Virus record (IMG/VR): IMGVR_UViG_3300010397_000012
Coordinates: 1 to 56,846 of that record
Direction: 5' to 3' (one strand)
DNA: 56,846 bases
Source: a virus
Taxonomy: Duplodnaviria; Caudoviricetes
In this document: in pieces, positions 27,795 through 37,754 of the stretch
Numbering within the stretch: the stretch's first letter is position 1
How the letters are laid out: each line of letters opens with the position of its first letter
The notes under the pieces: generated by a model
What the model saw: only the letters and a program-made list of their open reading frames with translations
What the model was told of the DNA's origin: nothing
Databases searched by the model: none
Translations under genes and position numbers: made by a program

Positions 27795-29583
27795 GCGGGG
27801 CACGTCGAAGCGTCCGCCCGCGGTGCCGACGCCGTGGTGGGGTACTGGCCAGGCGCCGCATGTGCGCTGGCCCGGCACCACGATTGAGATCCCGGCCGTC
27901 TGGTCGGCGGTGAAACGCCGATGGGAGAGCCCGGACGGCCTGTACTATTTCGACCCAGACGCCGCGGAGTTTGCCGAGGGGTTCTTCCCGACGTTCCTCG
28001 AGCACCACATCGGGGAGTTTGACGGGAAGCCGTTCGACCTGATGCCCTACCAGCAGATGCTGGTGGTGCGTCCGCTGTTCGGCTGGAAGCACGCGGCCAC
28101 GGGCCTGCGGCGGTTCCAGAAGGTCTTCCTGGCCGTACCCAAGGGTAGCGGAAAGAGCCCGTTCGGTGCCGGCCTCGGCTTGTTTGGCGCGTTCTTCGAC
28201 GGAGAACCAGGGGCGGAAGTCTACGCCGTGGCGGCGGACCGCAAGCAGGCAGGGATCGTGTTCGACTCCGCCAAGGTGATGACGCAGCGGAACGAGCACC
28301 TGTCCGTCCGGTGCGAGGTGTTCCGCGACTCAATCAAGCTGATCAATTCGACCGAGTGTTTCCAGGTGTTGTCGTCGGACGCCAGTACAAAGCACGGATT
28401 CCGGCCGCACTTTATCATTTTCGACGAGTTCCACGCGCAACCGAACCGGGATCTCTTCGACGCGCTGTACCGCGGCATGGGCAAGCGCCGGCAGCCGGTG
28501 CTCGTGATGATCACGACGGCCGGTGATGACGACGAGTCGATCTGCTTTGAAGAGTGGGACTACGCCAGACGTGTCATCAGTGGCGGCGTGACGGACCCCT
28601 CGTACCTGCCGGTGATCTTTGAAGCCACAGCCGACGAGGACTGGACGCTCGAGTCCGTCCAACGGCGCGTCAATCCCGGCTACGGGATCACGATGCAGGC
28701 CGAGTACTTCCGGAGCGAGACAGCCGCGGCGATGGCCGAACCGCGGAAGCGGAACTCGTTCATCCAGTTGCACCTGAATCGGTGGGTGAACCAAGCGACG
28801 GCCTGGCTGCCGATCGAGTGGTGGGACGCCTGCGATGAGCCGATCGCCGACGACGCGACCTTGGCCGGGCTCCCGTGCGCCGGCGGCCTCGACCTCGCGC
28901 AGAAGATTGACCTGGCTTGTCTCACCCTCGTGTTTCGGATGCCGATCGCGCAGGCGCTGTCCGTCGAGGTGAAGGCGGAGGATGCCGCGGGCCAGGTGGT
29001 GACGAAGACGCAGGCGCTGAACTACCGGATCACCATCCTGCCGTTCTTCTGGATCCCCGAGAACACCATGCGGCAGCGAGAGAAAGAGGACGGGGTCCCG
29101 TATTCCGACTGGGTGCGGCGCGGCCTGGTCACGCCAACCGAGGGCGACATCATCGACTACACGCGGATCTTCCAGGACATCACGACGAAGATCCTGCCGC
29201 GGTTCCCTCGGTTGAAGCAGGGCGGTATCGGGTATGACCCGGCCTTCGCGACGGACATCGCCTCAAAGCTGCGGGATCTCGGAGGATGCAAGGTCGAGGA
29301 AGTCCTGCAGAACTACAAGTACATGTCGGAAGCCTGCTACGTCCTCGAGGCGCTGATCAAGGCCAAGCGCGTGACGCACGGCGGGCACCGGACGCTCAGG
29401 AACCACATCGAGAACGTGGCGATCAAGTCGGACGACGCTGGCCGGATCCGTCCGGTGAAACCGAAGAGCAAGAGCAAACACATTGACGGCGTCGTCGCGA
29501 CGCTGATGGCCGAGCGGATGCTGGCCACCGTGCCAGATCGGCCATCCTCGCCGCAGATCTTCTTCCTTGGAGGCAAACGATGA
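27769..29583 (+). CDS. terL: Terminase large subunit
   Basis: Walker A PKGSGKS, Walker B IIFDEFH, ITTAG, GGLDLA, YDP and HIDGVVA motifs. Confidence 0.95.
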   Translation: MPSLAAKRKRGTSKRPPAVPTPWWGTGQAPHVRWPGTTIEIPAVWSAVKRRWESPDGLYYFDPDAAEFAEGFFPTFLEHHIGEFDGKPFDLMPYQQMLVVRPLFGWKHAATGLRRFQKVFLAVPKGSGKSPFGAGLGLFGAFFDGEPGAEVYAVAADRKQAGIVFDSAKVMTQRNEHLSVRCEVFRDSIKLINSTECFQVLSSDASTKHGFRPHFIIFDEFHAQPNRDLFDALYRGMGKRRQPVLVMITTAGDDDESICFEEWDYARRVISGGVTDPSYLPVIFEATADEDWTLESVQRRVNPGYGITMQAEYFRSETAAAMAEPRKRNSFIQLHLNRWVNQATAWLPIEWWDACDEPIADDATLAGLPCAGGLDLAQKIDLACLTLVFRMPIAQALSVEVKAEDAAGQVVTKTQALNYRITILPFFWIPENTMRQREKEDGVPYSDWVRRGLVTPTEGDIIDYTRIFQDITTKILPRFPRLKQGGIGYDPAFATDIASKLRDLGGCKVEEVLQNYKYMSEACYVLEALIKAKRVTHGGHRTLRNHIENVAIKSDDAGRIRPVKPKSKSKHIDGVVATLMAERMLATVPDRPSSPQIFFLGGKR

Positions 29584-29765
29584 GTAATCCCCAGCAGCCG
29601 ACCCATCGGCCCCATGAACTCACCGTCAAGGAATACGCGCGCCACGAACAGGTCACGACGCGCACGGTCTGGACCTGGATCAGTAAGGGGGCCGTGCCGG
29701 TGCGGCGCACGCCTGGCGGGTCCGTGCGTGTGCAGGTGGGGCCGATCGCCGGGTCTCCGCGCTGA
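29580..29765 (+). CDS. Excisionase/BldC-like HTH protein
   Basis: LTVKEYARHEQVTTRTVWTWISKG....RTPGGSVR. Confidence 0.75.
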   Translation: MSNPQQPTHRPHELTVKEYARHEQVTTRTVWTWISKGAVPVRRTPGGSVRVQVGPIAGSPR

Positions 29766-29790
29766 AGTCTAGTGAAGTCTGAGGAAGTCC
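29763..29790. promoter_or_regulatory. Three direct repeats GAAGTC at 10-bp period upstream of the capsid gene
   Basis: GAAGTC at 29764, 29774 and 29784. Confidence 0.6.
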
Positions 29791-29840
29791 TTCCCGGTAC
29801 CGTCTTCACAACGCCATTCTGACCACGCACGCTGTATTGC

Positions 29841-31829
29841 GTGTCGGACTCTGTCGCCTATACGTTCCTCAAGCTGTCGTCGATCGACGCTGAGGCGCGT
29901 GTCATCACCGGCATAGCGAGCACACCGACACCTGATCGCGATGGCGATGTCATCAACCCGAAGGGGTTGAGATTCAAGTCTCCACTGCCGCTGCTGCTCC
30001 ACCATGACACCCGCATGCCGGTTGGCACGGTGGTGTTCAAGAGCCCTCGGGAAAGCGGCATCGAGTTCGTTGCGCACATTCCGAAAGTCACCGAGCCAGG
30101 CATCGTTAAGGACCGCACAGACGAGGCGTTCCACAGCGCCAAGTACGGCCTGATTACCGGCGCATCAATCCGGTTTCTGGCGAGACGAGACAAGGTGCGC
30201 CAAAACAAGAGCGGCGGTCTCGACATCGACGAGGCGGAAGTGGTCGAGATGTCGATGGTCACAATTCCCTGTAATCCCGACGCCGGGATCTCTGGCGTCA
30301 AGTCCCTCTTCCACCCGGTCGACCCCGCGTCAGGGATTGAGACCGTTCCAAAACAACTTCACACGCCCGGCGTCACGGGCACGGTCGTACGGCTGGCGAA
30401 CAAGGACGCCTCCACGATGAAACCAATCGCAGAACGCAAGACGGCCTTCGTGGCCGAAAAGGCGGCCAAGGTCGCCAAGCTCAACGAGATCGCCGGCGAA
30501 GACGATGGGCAGACCATGTCGGCCGAGCAACAGACGCAGTTCGACACGCTGACCGACGAGATCAAGTCGCTCGATTCCCAGTTGGCGCGGCTCGAGACGC
30601 TCGAGCAGGTCAACAAGGCGAACGCGGTGACCGTGAACGGCGACAGCACGAAGTCGGCCTCGGAGTCGCGCGGATCGTCTGTGGTGTCCGTCTCGGCGCC
30701 CAAGTTGCCTCCCGGCATCGGGTTTGCGCGCGCGGTCAAGTCTCGGCTCGTGGCTCGCTTGGATGGCCGCAACGCCATCGAAGTCGCCAAGGAGATGTAC
30801 CCGAGCGACGACCGGTTGCATGCGCACCTCAATCACGACGTCACGGTCCGCAACGTCCTGATGCAGATGAAGGCGGCGGTTCCGGCGGCGACGACCACGC
30901 TCTCGGCCTGGGCGGGCGCGCTGGTCGATCCGACCAACCTGGCCGGCGAGTTCGTGGAGTTCCTCCGGCCTGAGACCATCATCGGCCGACTCAATCTTCG
31001 CGCGGTGCCGACGAACGTGCGACTGATTGAACAGACGCAGGGCGGCACGGGCTACTGGGTTGGTCAGGGCGCGCCGAAGCCGCTGACGTCCTTCGGCTAC
31101 GCGCCGATCACGCTCAGCCCCACGAAGGTGGCCTCGATCGCCGTAGCGACCGAGGAATCCCTGCGCTTCTCGACGCCCAGCTTGGACATGCTGATCCGAG
31201 ACGGTCTCCGTGGAGCGCTCGTCGAGCGTGTCGACCGCGACCTGCTCGATCCGGCTGAAGCGGGTTCGTCCAACGTGCAGCCGGCGTCGCTGACCCACGG
31301 CTTGGTGGCCCTGTCATCGGCAGGTACCAGCGCCGACAACATCCGCACCGACATCGCGAAGCTCATCCGGGCGTTGCGGTCCGCCAACCTCCGCGGGCGC
31401 ATCGCGATTGTGTTGCCGGATTCCTTGCTGACCGCGATGGCCTGGATGACCAACTCGCTGGGGCAGCCGGAGTTCCCGGGCGTCACGGGCGAGGGCGGCA
31501 CGTTCAACGGCATCCGGTTCATCGGGTCCGAGTACGTGGCCAACTCGAGCGGGGCTGGCAACATGGTGATCGCGATCGCCGAGAACGAAGTCTTCATCTC
31601 TGATGACGGCGGCGTGACGGTCGACGCGTCGCGTGAAGCGACCCTGCAGATGCTCGACAACCCGACGAACAACTCGGCCACCGCGACGGCGACCACCGGC
31701 GTCTCGATGTGGCAGACCAACTCCGTGGCGTTCCGCGCGGAGTGGTTCATCAACTGGCAGAAGCGCCGCTCGACGGCCGTCGCGTACATGGACGACGTCA
31801 ACTGGGGCAGCGTCGGCAGCCCGAGCTAG
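29841..31829 (+). CDS. Fused prohead protease-major capsid protein (HK97 fold)
   Basis: N-terminal GIASTP..DRDGDVI.P.G, LLLHHD..PVG and EMSMVTIPCNPDA (protease); coiled-coil delta region; capsid motifs WVGQGAPKP and SMWQTNSVAFRAE. Confidence 0.92.
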   Translation: MSDSVAYTFLKLSSIDAEARVITGIASTPTPDRDGDVINPKGLRFKSPLPLLLHHDTRMPVGTVVFKSPRESGIEFVAHIPKVTEPGIVKDRTDEAFHSAKYGLITGASIRFLARRDKVRQNKSGGLDIDEAEVVEMSMVTIPCNPDAGISGVKSLFHPVDPASGIETVPKQLHTPGVTGTVVRLANKDASTMKPIAERKTAFVAEKAAKVAKLNEIAGEDDGQTMSAEQQTQFDTLTDEIKSLDSQLARLETLEQVNKANAVTVNGDSTKSASESRGSSVVSVSAPKLPPGIGFARAVKSRLVARLDGRNAIEVAKEMYPSDDRLHAHLNHDVTVRNVLMQMKAAVPAATTTLSAWAGALVDPTNLAGEFVEFLRPETIIGRLNLRAVPTNVRLIEQTQGGTGYWVGQGAPKPLTSFGYAPITLSPTKVASIAVATEESLRFSTPSLDMLIRDGLRGALVERVDRDLLDPAEAGSSNVQPASLTHGLVALSSAGTSADNIRTDIAKLIRALRSANLRGRIAIVLPDSLLTAMAWMTNSLGQPEFPGVTGEGGTFNGIRFIGSEYVANSSGAGNMVIAIAENEVFISDDGGVTVDASREATLQMLDNPTNNSATATATTGVSMWQTNSVAFRAEWFINWQKRRSTAVAYMDDVNWGSVGSPS

Positions 31830-31845
31830 AGCACGGAGTGAGGCG

Positions 31846-31882
31846 CGGCGGCCGGCCCAGATGTGGCCGGCCGCCGTTTGTT
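31846..31882 (+). terminator. Rho-independent terminator after the capsid gene
   Basis: 12-bp perfect stem CGGCGGCCGGCC/GGCCGGCCGCCG followed by TTTGTT. Confidence 0.75.
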
Positions 31883-31902
31883 CCGTCATGGACGGGGGTT
31901 GA

Positions 31903-32127
31903 TTGGTCGACGTCGCCGTAACCCGAGCATTTATCCACGAGGGCCGCGCGTTCCAGGTGGGTGACACGATGACCGTGGCGCCCATTACGGCCGCGGTCCT
32001 ACATCGTCGTGGCGTGGTGTCGCTGACCAAGCTGGCCCACGTCACCAAGCAGATCGCCAGTGCCGTCATTGAGGAGCCGCGTCCACGGCGCCGCACCTAT
32101 CGCCGCAGGGCTTTGGTGGCGGAGTGA
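31903..32127 (+). CDS. Small basic head-associated hypothetical protein
   Basis: C-terminal RRTYRRRALVAE; lies between capsid and portal. Confidence 0.55.
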   Translation: MVDVAVTRAFIHEGRAFQVGDTMTVAPITAAVLHRRGVVSLTKLAHVTKQIASAVIEEPRPRRRTYRRRALVAE

Positions 32128-33506
32128 CCGTCTTCGGCCTGAGCATCACGCGCCAGAAGGCCGGCCCTCCGCCTGGCACCGTCTTTTCGACGCCGAGTGC
32201 CGGCCGAGGCGGCTGGTTCCGCGTGCTGGAGCCGTTCACCGGCGCCTGGCAGCGGAACATCGAGCAGACGCCTGAGACGCTGCTGGCGTTTCACGCCGTC
32301 TATGCCTGCGTCACGTTGATCGCCTCGGACATCGCCAAACTGCGGATCAAGCTCGTGGAGCAGGACCGCGACGGCATCTGGAACGAAACCACCAACAGCG
32401 CCTACTCGCCGGTCTTGCGGCGCCCGAACGCCTACCAAGATCGCATCCAGTTCATCACGCACTGGATGCTCTCAAAGCTGATCCACGGCAATACCTACGT
32501 CCTCCTGAACCGCGATCAGAACAGGGTGGTGCGCGAGATGCACGTCCTGGATCCGACGCGCGTGCAGGTCAGGGTGGCGCCCAACGGCGACATCTACTAC
32601 GCGCTGGGCCAGGACAACCTCTCTGGTGTCGACGGGGCCTCCACGACCGTGCCGGCGTCCGAAATTATCCACGACCGCATGCCCGGCCTGTATCACCCGT
32701 TGTGCGGGAGCTCGCCGTTGACGGCGTGTTATCTGCCGGCGCTGCAGGCGCTCCGTGGCCAGCAGAACTCGGCTGACACGCTGGCGAACGGCGCGCGCCC
32801 TGGAGGCGTGCTCACGAGCGCCGCGCCGTTGTCGGACGAGCAGATCGCGCAGATTCAGACGGAATGGCAGGCCAACTACGGCGGCGACAACCAGGGCCGC
32901 GTCGCGGTGCTGACGGCCGACCTGAAATACCAAGACCTCAAGCTCATCAGTAACGTCGACATGCAACTGATCGAGCAATTGAAGTTGTCCGGCGAGAACG
33001 TGTGCTCCGCGTTTCACGTGCCGGGCTTCAAGGTCGGGATCGGCGCGATGCCGGCCTACAACTCGGTGGAAGCGGCCAACATCCTCTACTACTCGGACTG
33101 CCTGCAGTACCACTACGAGTCGATTGAGTCGCTGCTGGATTTCGGCCTGAGCACCGGGAACACGCTCGGGACGGAGTTCGACCTCGAGTCGTTGCTGCGC
33201 ATGGACACGTCGTCGCGGTCAACGGCCGCCAAGGAAGCGGTGAACGGCGGCATGTCCTACAACGAAGCTCGGCGCCGGTTCTTCGATCTCGGCCCGGTCA
33301 AGGGCGGCGAATCGCCCCTCGCGCAGCAGCAGAACTACAGTCTGGAAGCGCTCGCCAAGCGGGACGCCAAGGCGGATCCGTTTGAAACAGCGACAAGCAA
33401 GCCTGACACGCCCGCGCCTGACGCGATGCCAGCGGACGCCGCGAACAAGTCGGCCCTGCTCGTGCCGCGCGCCCTCCTGGCCCTTCAGAAAGCGATGGCC
33501 GCGTGA
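32124..33506 (+). CDS. Portal protein (HK97 family)
   Basis: AVYACVTLIASDIAKL, LRRPN.YQ, LIHGN.YV, NGARPGGVL and NEARR motifs. Confidence 0.95.
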   Translation: MTVFGLSITRQKAGPPPGTVFSTPSAGRGGWFRVLEPFTGAWQRNIEQTPETLLAFHAVYACVTLIASDIAKLRIKLVEQDRDGIWNETTNSAYSPVLRRPNAYQDRIQFITHWMLSKLIHGNTYVLLNRDQNRVVREMHVLDPTRVQVRVAPNGDIYYALGQDNLSGVDGASTTVPASEIIHDRMPGLYHPLCGSSPLTACYLPALQALRGQQNSADTLANGARPGGVLTSAAPLSDEQIAQIQTEWQANYGGDNQGRVAVLTADLKYQDLKLISNVDMQLIEQLKLSGENVCSAFHVPGFKVGIGAMPAYNSVEAANILYYSDCLQYHYESIESLLDFGLSTGNTLGTEFDLESLLRMDTSSRSTAAKEAVNGGMSYNEARRRFFDLGPVKGGESPLAQQQNYSLEALAKRDAKADPFETATSKPDTPAPDAMPADAANKSALLVPRALLALQKAMAA

Positions 33507-34405
33507 CTGAGGCGGAATTGACGGCCGTGGCGGAAGGCTTCGCGCCAGTGGTGCGGCAGGCGATCGCGCAGGCGACCGAGCCGCTACTGGCCCGCATTGC
33601 CGTGCTCGAGCAGCGAGAGTCGACGCCTGGCGAGCGTGGGCCCGCGGGTGAGAAGGGCCTTGACGGGGCACCCGGGAAGGACGCGCCGGCGCCAGACACG
33701 GACGTGATTGCGATGAAGGTTGCGGCGCTCCTGCCGGTGCCTCGTGACGGCCGAGAAGGGGCGCCTGGCAAGGACGCGCCGTCCATGGACCTCGTGGCCC
33801 TGGCGAAGATGGTCGTGGACCTGATCCCAACGCCGAAAGATGGCGCGAACGGCCGAGACGGCACCGACGTCGACATGGGCGCGGTCAAGGCCATGGTCAC
33901 AGAAGCGGTGGCGGCCATCCCCGTGCCGAAAGACGGAACCAATGGCCAGGACGGCAAGGACGGCACCAGCGTGGATCCCGCGTTCGTGTCCGCCGAGATC
34001 GCCAAGGCGGTCGCCGCGATCCCAGTCCCAAAGGACGGCGCTCCTGGCCAAGACGGCCAGGACGGCCTGACCTTCAGCATCGAAGACCTCATGACGGCGT
34101 CGTTTGACGGCGAGCGGACCACGACGCTGGTCTTCGGCCGCGGCGAGAAGCGTCTCGAAGTTCCGATGCGGTTTCAGGTGCCGCTGTACTTCGACGTGTG
34201 GAGTACCGCCAAGTCGTATCAGGCCGGCGACTGCGTGACCTACGGCGGGTCGATGTGGATCGCCAAGGCCGACACAACCGAGCGACCGGGCGATGGTGCA
34301 ACGTCCTGGCGCCTCTGCGTGAAAGCGGGCCGTGAAGGGAAGTCGGTCGCCGGTCCGGTGGGCCCCCGTGGGCCCCAAGGGGAGCGAGGGCCGGCCAAGT
34401 GGTGA
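33503..34405 (+). CDS. Head-associated protein with short collagen-like repeats
   Basis: Repeated P.PKDG..G.DG units; C-terminal W....SYQAGDCVTYGGSMWIA. Confidence 0.75.
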   Translation: MTEAELTAVAEGFAPVVRQAIAQATEPLLARIAVLEQRESTPGERGPAGEKGLDGAPGKDAPAPDTDVIAMKVAALLPVPRDGREGAPGKDAPSMDLVALAKMVVDLIPTPKDGANGRDGTDVDMGAVKAMVTEAVAAIPVPKDGTNGQDGKDGTSVDPAFVSAEIAKAVAAIPVPKDGAPGQDGQDGLTFSIEDLMTASFDGERTTTLVFGRGEKRLEVPMRFQVPLYFDVWSTAKSYQAGDCVTYGGSMWIAKADTTERPGDGATSWRLCVKAGREGKSVAGPVGPRGPQGERGPAKW

Positions 34406-35034
34406 CCGTGCCGAGGCTCTGGCCGGGCGAGACGGTGGCCTGCCTGGCGACCGGGCCGAGCTTGACGCAGGCCGATGTGGACCTCTGCCGAGACAAGGTG
34501 CGGGTGATTGCCGTCAACGACGCACATCGCCTCGCGCCGTGGGCCGACGTCCTCTACTCGAGCGACCGCGCCTGGTGGCCGAAATACAACGGCGTGCCGA
34601 CATTCGCCGGCCGTCGCTACGGGGTCGGGACCGGCGTCGGCAAGCGTAACCCCTTCGGCAAACTGCCGCAGATCACCGTCTTGCGGAACGCCGGGCCGGA
34701 CGGGATCGAGACGTCACCGGACGGTCTCCGCACGGGCCGCAATTCTGGCTATGCCGCGATCAACCTGGCCGTGCACTTCGGCGCCGCCAAGATCGTCCTA
34801 CTCGGCTACAACCTGAGCTACCGCAACGGTCGCGCGCACTTCTTTGGCAACCATCCCTCAGGCCTGACCCAGACCGAGGCGCTGTATCCGTCGTTCCGGA
34901 AGCACTTCGAGACGATGGTGGCGCCGCTGAAGCAACTCGGCGTCGAAGTGATCAACGCGACCGAGCACACGTCGTTGACCTGTTTTCCGTGCCGTCCGGT
35001 ACGCGAGGCGTTGGGCCTCGAGGTGGCGGCATGA
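34402..35034 (+). CDS. DUF115/MptE-like (sialyltransferase-like) sugar transferase
   Basis: CLATGPSL, IAVND, NSGYAAINLA..FGA.KIVLLGY and VINAT motifs. Confidence 0.7.
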   Translation: MTVPRLWPGETVACLATGPSLTQADVDLCRDKVRVIAVNDAHRLAPWADVLYSSDRAWWPKYNGVPTFAGRRYGVGTGVGKRNPFGKLPQITVLRNAGPDGIETSPDGLRTGRNSGYAAINLAVHFGAAKIVLLGYNLSYRNGRAHFFGNHPSGLTQTEALYPSFRKHFETMVAPLKQLGVEVINATEHTSLTCFPCRPVREALGLEVAA

Positions 35035-35681
35035 TGCGCGTCGCCGTGTGCCTCCAGACGGCCGACCGGAGTGACTACACGGCCCGGACGTTGGCCAGTT
35101 TCGCCGCGCATAACGATCTGAAGCGGTTCGCCTTGTTCCACGGAGACGACGCATCAGCGACGACCGAGAACCGGGACCTGGCGCACGCCTACGGGTTCAA
35201 GACGCTGGTGCGAACCAAGGCGCGCATCGGCTGCCTGCCGCTCAGGACGGCCCTGATCGTCGCCGCCGCACGCCACGCCGACTGGATCTTGCTCCTCGAG
35301 AACGACATTGATTCCGTGCGGCCGTTTCCGTGGGCGCTGCTCCACCACGTCGCGAGTATCAAGTGGCTCTATACGCTGCGCCTGTTTGGGGCCTTCAAGG
35401 GGCCGAACCAGACCGACCCGTGCCACATCGTCAACAAGTGGAAGCCCGAAAAGCCCGTGAAATGGAAGGCGCTCGGCAAGTCTCCTGAGCCGGCCGAATA
35501 CGGGCTGATCCACTGGAGCGCGCAGCCGTCGGTGACGCGCACACGGCCCCTGGTCGACCTGCACTGCTCAGGCATCCGCGAACTCCGCCTCAAGACGGCG
35601 CGTGTGGTCGACAACGTCATGGTGCACATCGGCGACGTGCGGACGCACCAAGCTCGCAGCCGAGAGGCGGTCGCATGTTGA
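35031..35681 (+). CDS. GT-A fold glycosyltransferase
   Basis: DR.DYTARTLAS, DDAS, ILLLEND and VHIG motifs. Confidence 0.65.
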   Translation: MMRVAVCLQTADRSDYTARTLASFAAHNDLKRFALFHGDDASATTENRDLAHAYGFKTLVRTKARIGCLPLRTALIVAAARHADWILLLENDIDSVRPFPWALLHHVASIKWLYTLRLFGAFKGPNQTDPCHIVNKWKPEKPVKWKALGKSPEPAEYGLIHWSAQPSVTRTRPLVDLHCSGIRELRLKTARVVDNVMVHIGDVRTHQARSREAVAC

Positions 35682-36394
35682 CCGTGGCGACGTTCCGATG
35701 GAAGCCGCCCACGGGGTATCGGTCGGTCTTCGGGCCTGAAACCGTCATCGTGTTGCGCGACATGATTCGGCGCAACTATGCGCAGCCGCACCGGTTCGTG
35801 TGCGTCACGGACGATCCGGCCGGGCTGAAGGATGTCGAGACGATTCCCCTGTGGGACGACTTCGCCAGCGTGCCCAGCCCGCACGGTCGAGGTAACCCCA
35901 GCTGCTATCGACGCCTGAAGCTGTTCGATCCGACGATCGCCTCGCTGCTCGGGCCGCGCATCGTGTCGATGGACCTGGACACCGTGATCGTGGGTGACCT
36001 GGCGCCGATCTTTAACCGGACGGAAGACTTCGTCATCTGGGGCCAGGCCGACCAGGCGAAGCAGTGGTACAACGGCTCGCTCTTCATGTTGACGGCGGGC
36101 GCTCGGCCGCGCGTCTGGAGCGAGTTCAACCCGAAGACGTCGCCGCTTCTGGCCAAACGGGCGGGCAAGTTCGGGTCGGACCAGGGGTGGATCTCCTACT
36201 GCCTCGGGCCGAAAGAGGCCACGTTCGGGCAACAGGACGGCGTGTATTCGTTCCGCGTGCACGTCCAGCCGAAAGGCGATGACTACCTCCCAGAGAACGC
36301 GCGGATCATCAACTTCCATGGCCACGTCGACCCGTGGCACTGGCGCGCACAGCGCCTGGACTGGGTGCGTAAGCACTACGGGGTGGCGGCATGA
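35675..36394 (+). CDS. GT-A glycosyltransferase (GT8-like)
   Basis: FVCVTDD, SMDLDTVIVGDL, YNGS, SDQGWI and FHG..DPW motifs. Confidence 0.8.
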   Translation: MLTVATFRWKPPTGYRSVFGPETVIVLRDMIRRNYAQPHRFVCVTDDPAGLKDVETIPLWDDFASVPSPHGRGNPSCYRRLKLFDPTIASLLGPRIVSMDLDTVIVGDLAPIFNRTEDFVIWGQADQAKQWYNGSLFMLTAGARPRVWSEFNPKTSPLLAKRAGKFGSDQGWISYCLGPKEATFGQQDGVYSFRVHVQPKGDDYLPENARIINFHGHVDPWHWRAQRLDWVRKHYGVAA

Positions 36395-37002
36395 TCCCGC
36401 TCACGCCGGAACAGTACGCGGTGAAGTACGCGACGCGCGACCTCCCGACGTTGCAGCGGGCCGCTGGACTTGCCCCTCAGCAGCGCGTTGCGGTGCAGGC
36501 TGGCGGCAATCTGGGTGTGTGGCCGAAGTGGTTGGGAGACACGTTCGAGACGGTCTACTGCTTTGAGCCGTCGCCGGCGTGCTTCCAGGAGCTCGTGCGC
36601 CATGCCGCCCAACCGAACGTCATCAAGATCCAAGCGGCACTCGGAGACACGCACGGCCTGGTGGCGGTGAGCGATGCGCGCGACGACGGGAAGCCGAGCC
36701 ATCCAGGCGTGACGCACGTGTCTGGCGCCGGCGTGATCCCGACCCTCCGCGTGGACGACTTGGCCCTGGAGCACTGCGATCTGCTGTCGCTGGACCTCGA
36801 GGGGTATGAACTCTTCGCGTTACGCGGCGCCGTTGAGACCGTGGAGCGATGCCGTCCGGTGATGCTGATCGAGATCAACCAGCACAGCGATCGGTACGGC
36901 GTCCCACCGGATGACGTGCGCGACTGGCTGACGGCACAGGGCTATCAGTTTGTGGCCCGCGTGCACTCGGACGAGATCTGGACGCCGGAGGGTCAGGAGT
37001 AG
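36391..37002 (+). CDS. FkbM-family SAM methyltransferase
   Basis: QAGGNLG, CFEP and DLLSLDLEGYELFALRGA motifs. Confidence 0.85.
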   Translation: MIPLTPEQYAVKYATRDLPTLQRAAGLAPQQRVAVQAGGNLGVWPKWLGDTFETVYCFEPSPACFQELVRHAAQPNVIKIQAALGDTHGLVAVSDARDDGKPSHPGVTHVSGAGVIPTLRVDDLALEHCDLLSLDLEGYELFALRGAVETVERCRPVMLIEINQHSDRYGVPPDDVRDWLTAQGYQFVARVHSDEIWTPEGQE

Positions 37003-37004
37003 CT

Positions 37005-37754
37005 ATGGGACTCGACCCACGACCACAGACCACGACGGCCGAGCAGTACGCGCAGATCTTCGCGTCCGAGCGCGCCAAGGCGTATCCGTCTGTCGACGCC
37101 TTCGAGGCGAAGATGGGATTCAGTCTCGACCGCGATCGGCTCGAGTCGGCCGCCCGCGTGCTCAGTTGCCCGTTCAAGGCCGCGGCGCCGAACTGGCAGC
37201 ACGGGCGAGTGATTTACGCGGCCGTGCGATCCCGCATCCAGGCGATGAATGCGGCCGGATGGTCCACCGGCTACGCCCATGTCGACATTGGCACGGCGAA
37301 GGGCTTCTCCGCGCTCTGCGCGCTGTGGGCGATTGAGGACAGCCAGGCTGAGCACGCGAGCGTGGAGTCGGTCGATGTCCTGCCGCAGTCGGCGCTTGTG
37401 CGTCGAAATACGGTTGCGGAAGTGGATCGTCTCTGCACGTTGTCTGACGTGCTGGCCCCATGGCCAGAGACGGCCCGCATTAGGTTTCACGAGTCCACCG
37501 GGATCGACTTCCTCAAGCGGTCAGACGCACACGTGCACTCAGCCTTCGTGGACGGCAAGCATTCGACGGAGGCGGTCTCGGCGGAGTGGAAGGCGCTCGC
37601 GAAGCGCCAAGCCTCGGGCGACATTGCGATCTTCGACGACGTCCAGATGCCGGCGGTGGCGGCAGGACTGAAGGGCGCTGACTACTGCTACACGTTCGAA
37701 CGTCTCGACCTCGGATCGGTGAATCGGTCGTACGTGATCGGGGTGCGCCGATGA
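37005..37754 (+). CDS. Class I SAM-dependent methyltransferase
   Basis: DIGTAKGFSA, FVDGKHS and IFDD motifs. Confidence 0.8.
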   Translation: MGLDPRPQTTTAEQYAQIFASERAKAYPSVDAFEAKMGFSLDRDRLESAARVLSCPFKAAAPNWQHGRVIYAAVRSRIQAMNAAGWSTGYAHVDIGTAKGFSALCALWAIEDSQAEHASVESVDVLPQSALVRRNTVAEVDRLCTLSDVLAPWPETARIRFHESTGIDFLKRSDAHVHSAFVDGKHSTEAVSAEWKALAKRQASGDIAIFDDVQMPAVAAGLKGADYCYTFERLDLGSVNRSYVIGVRR

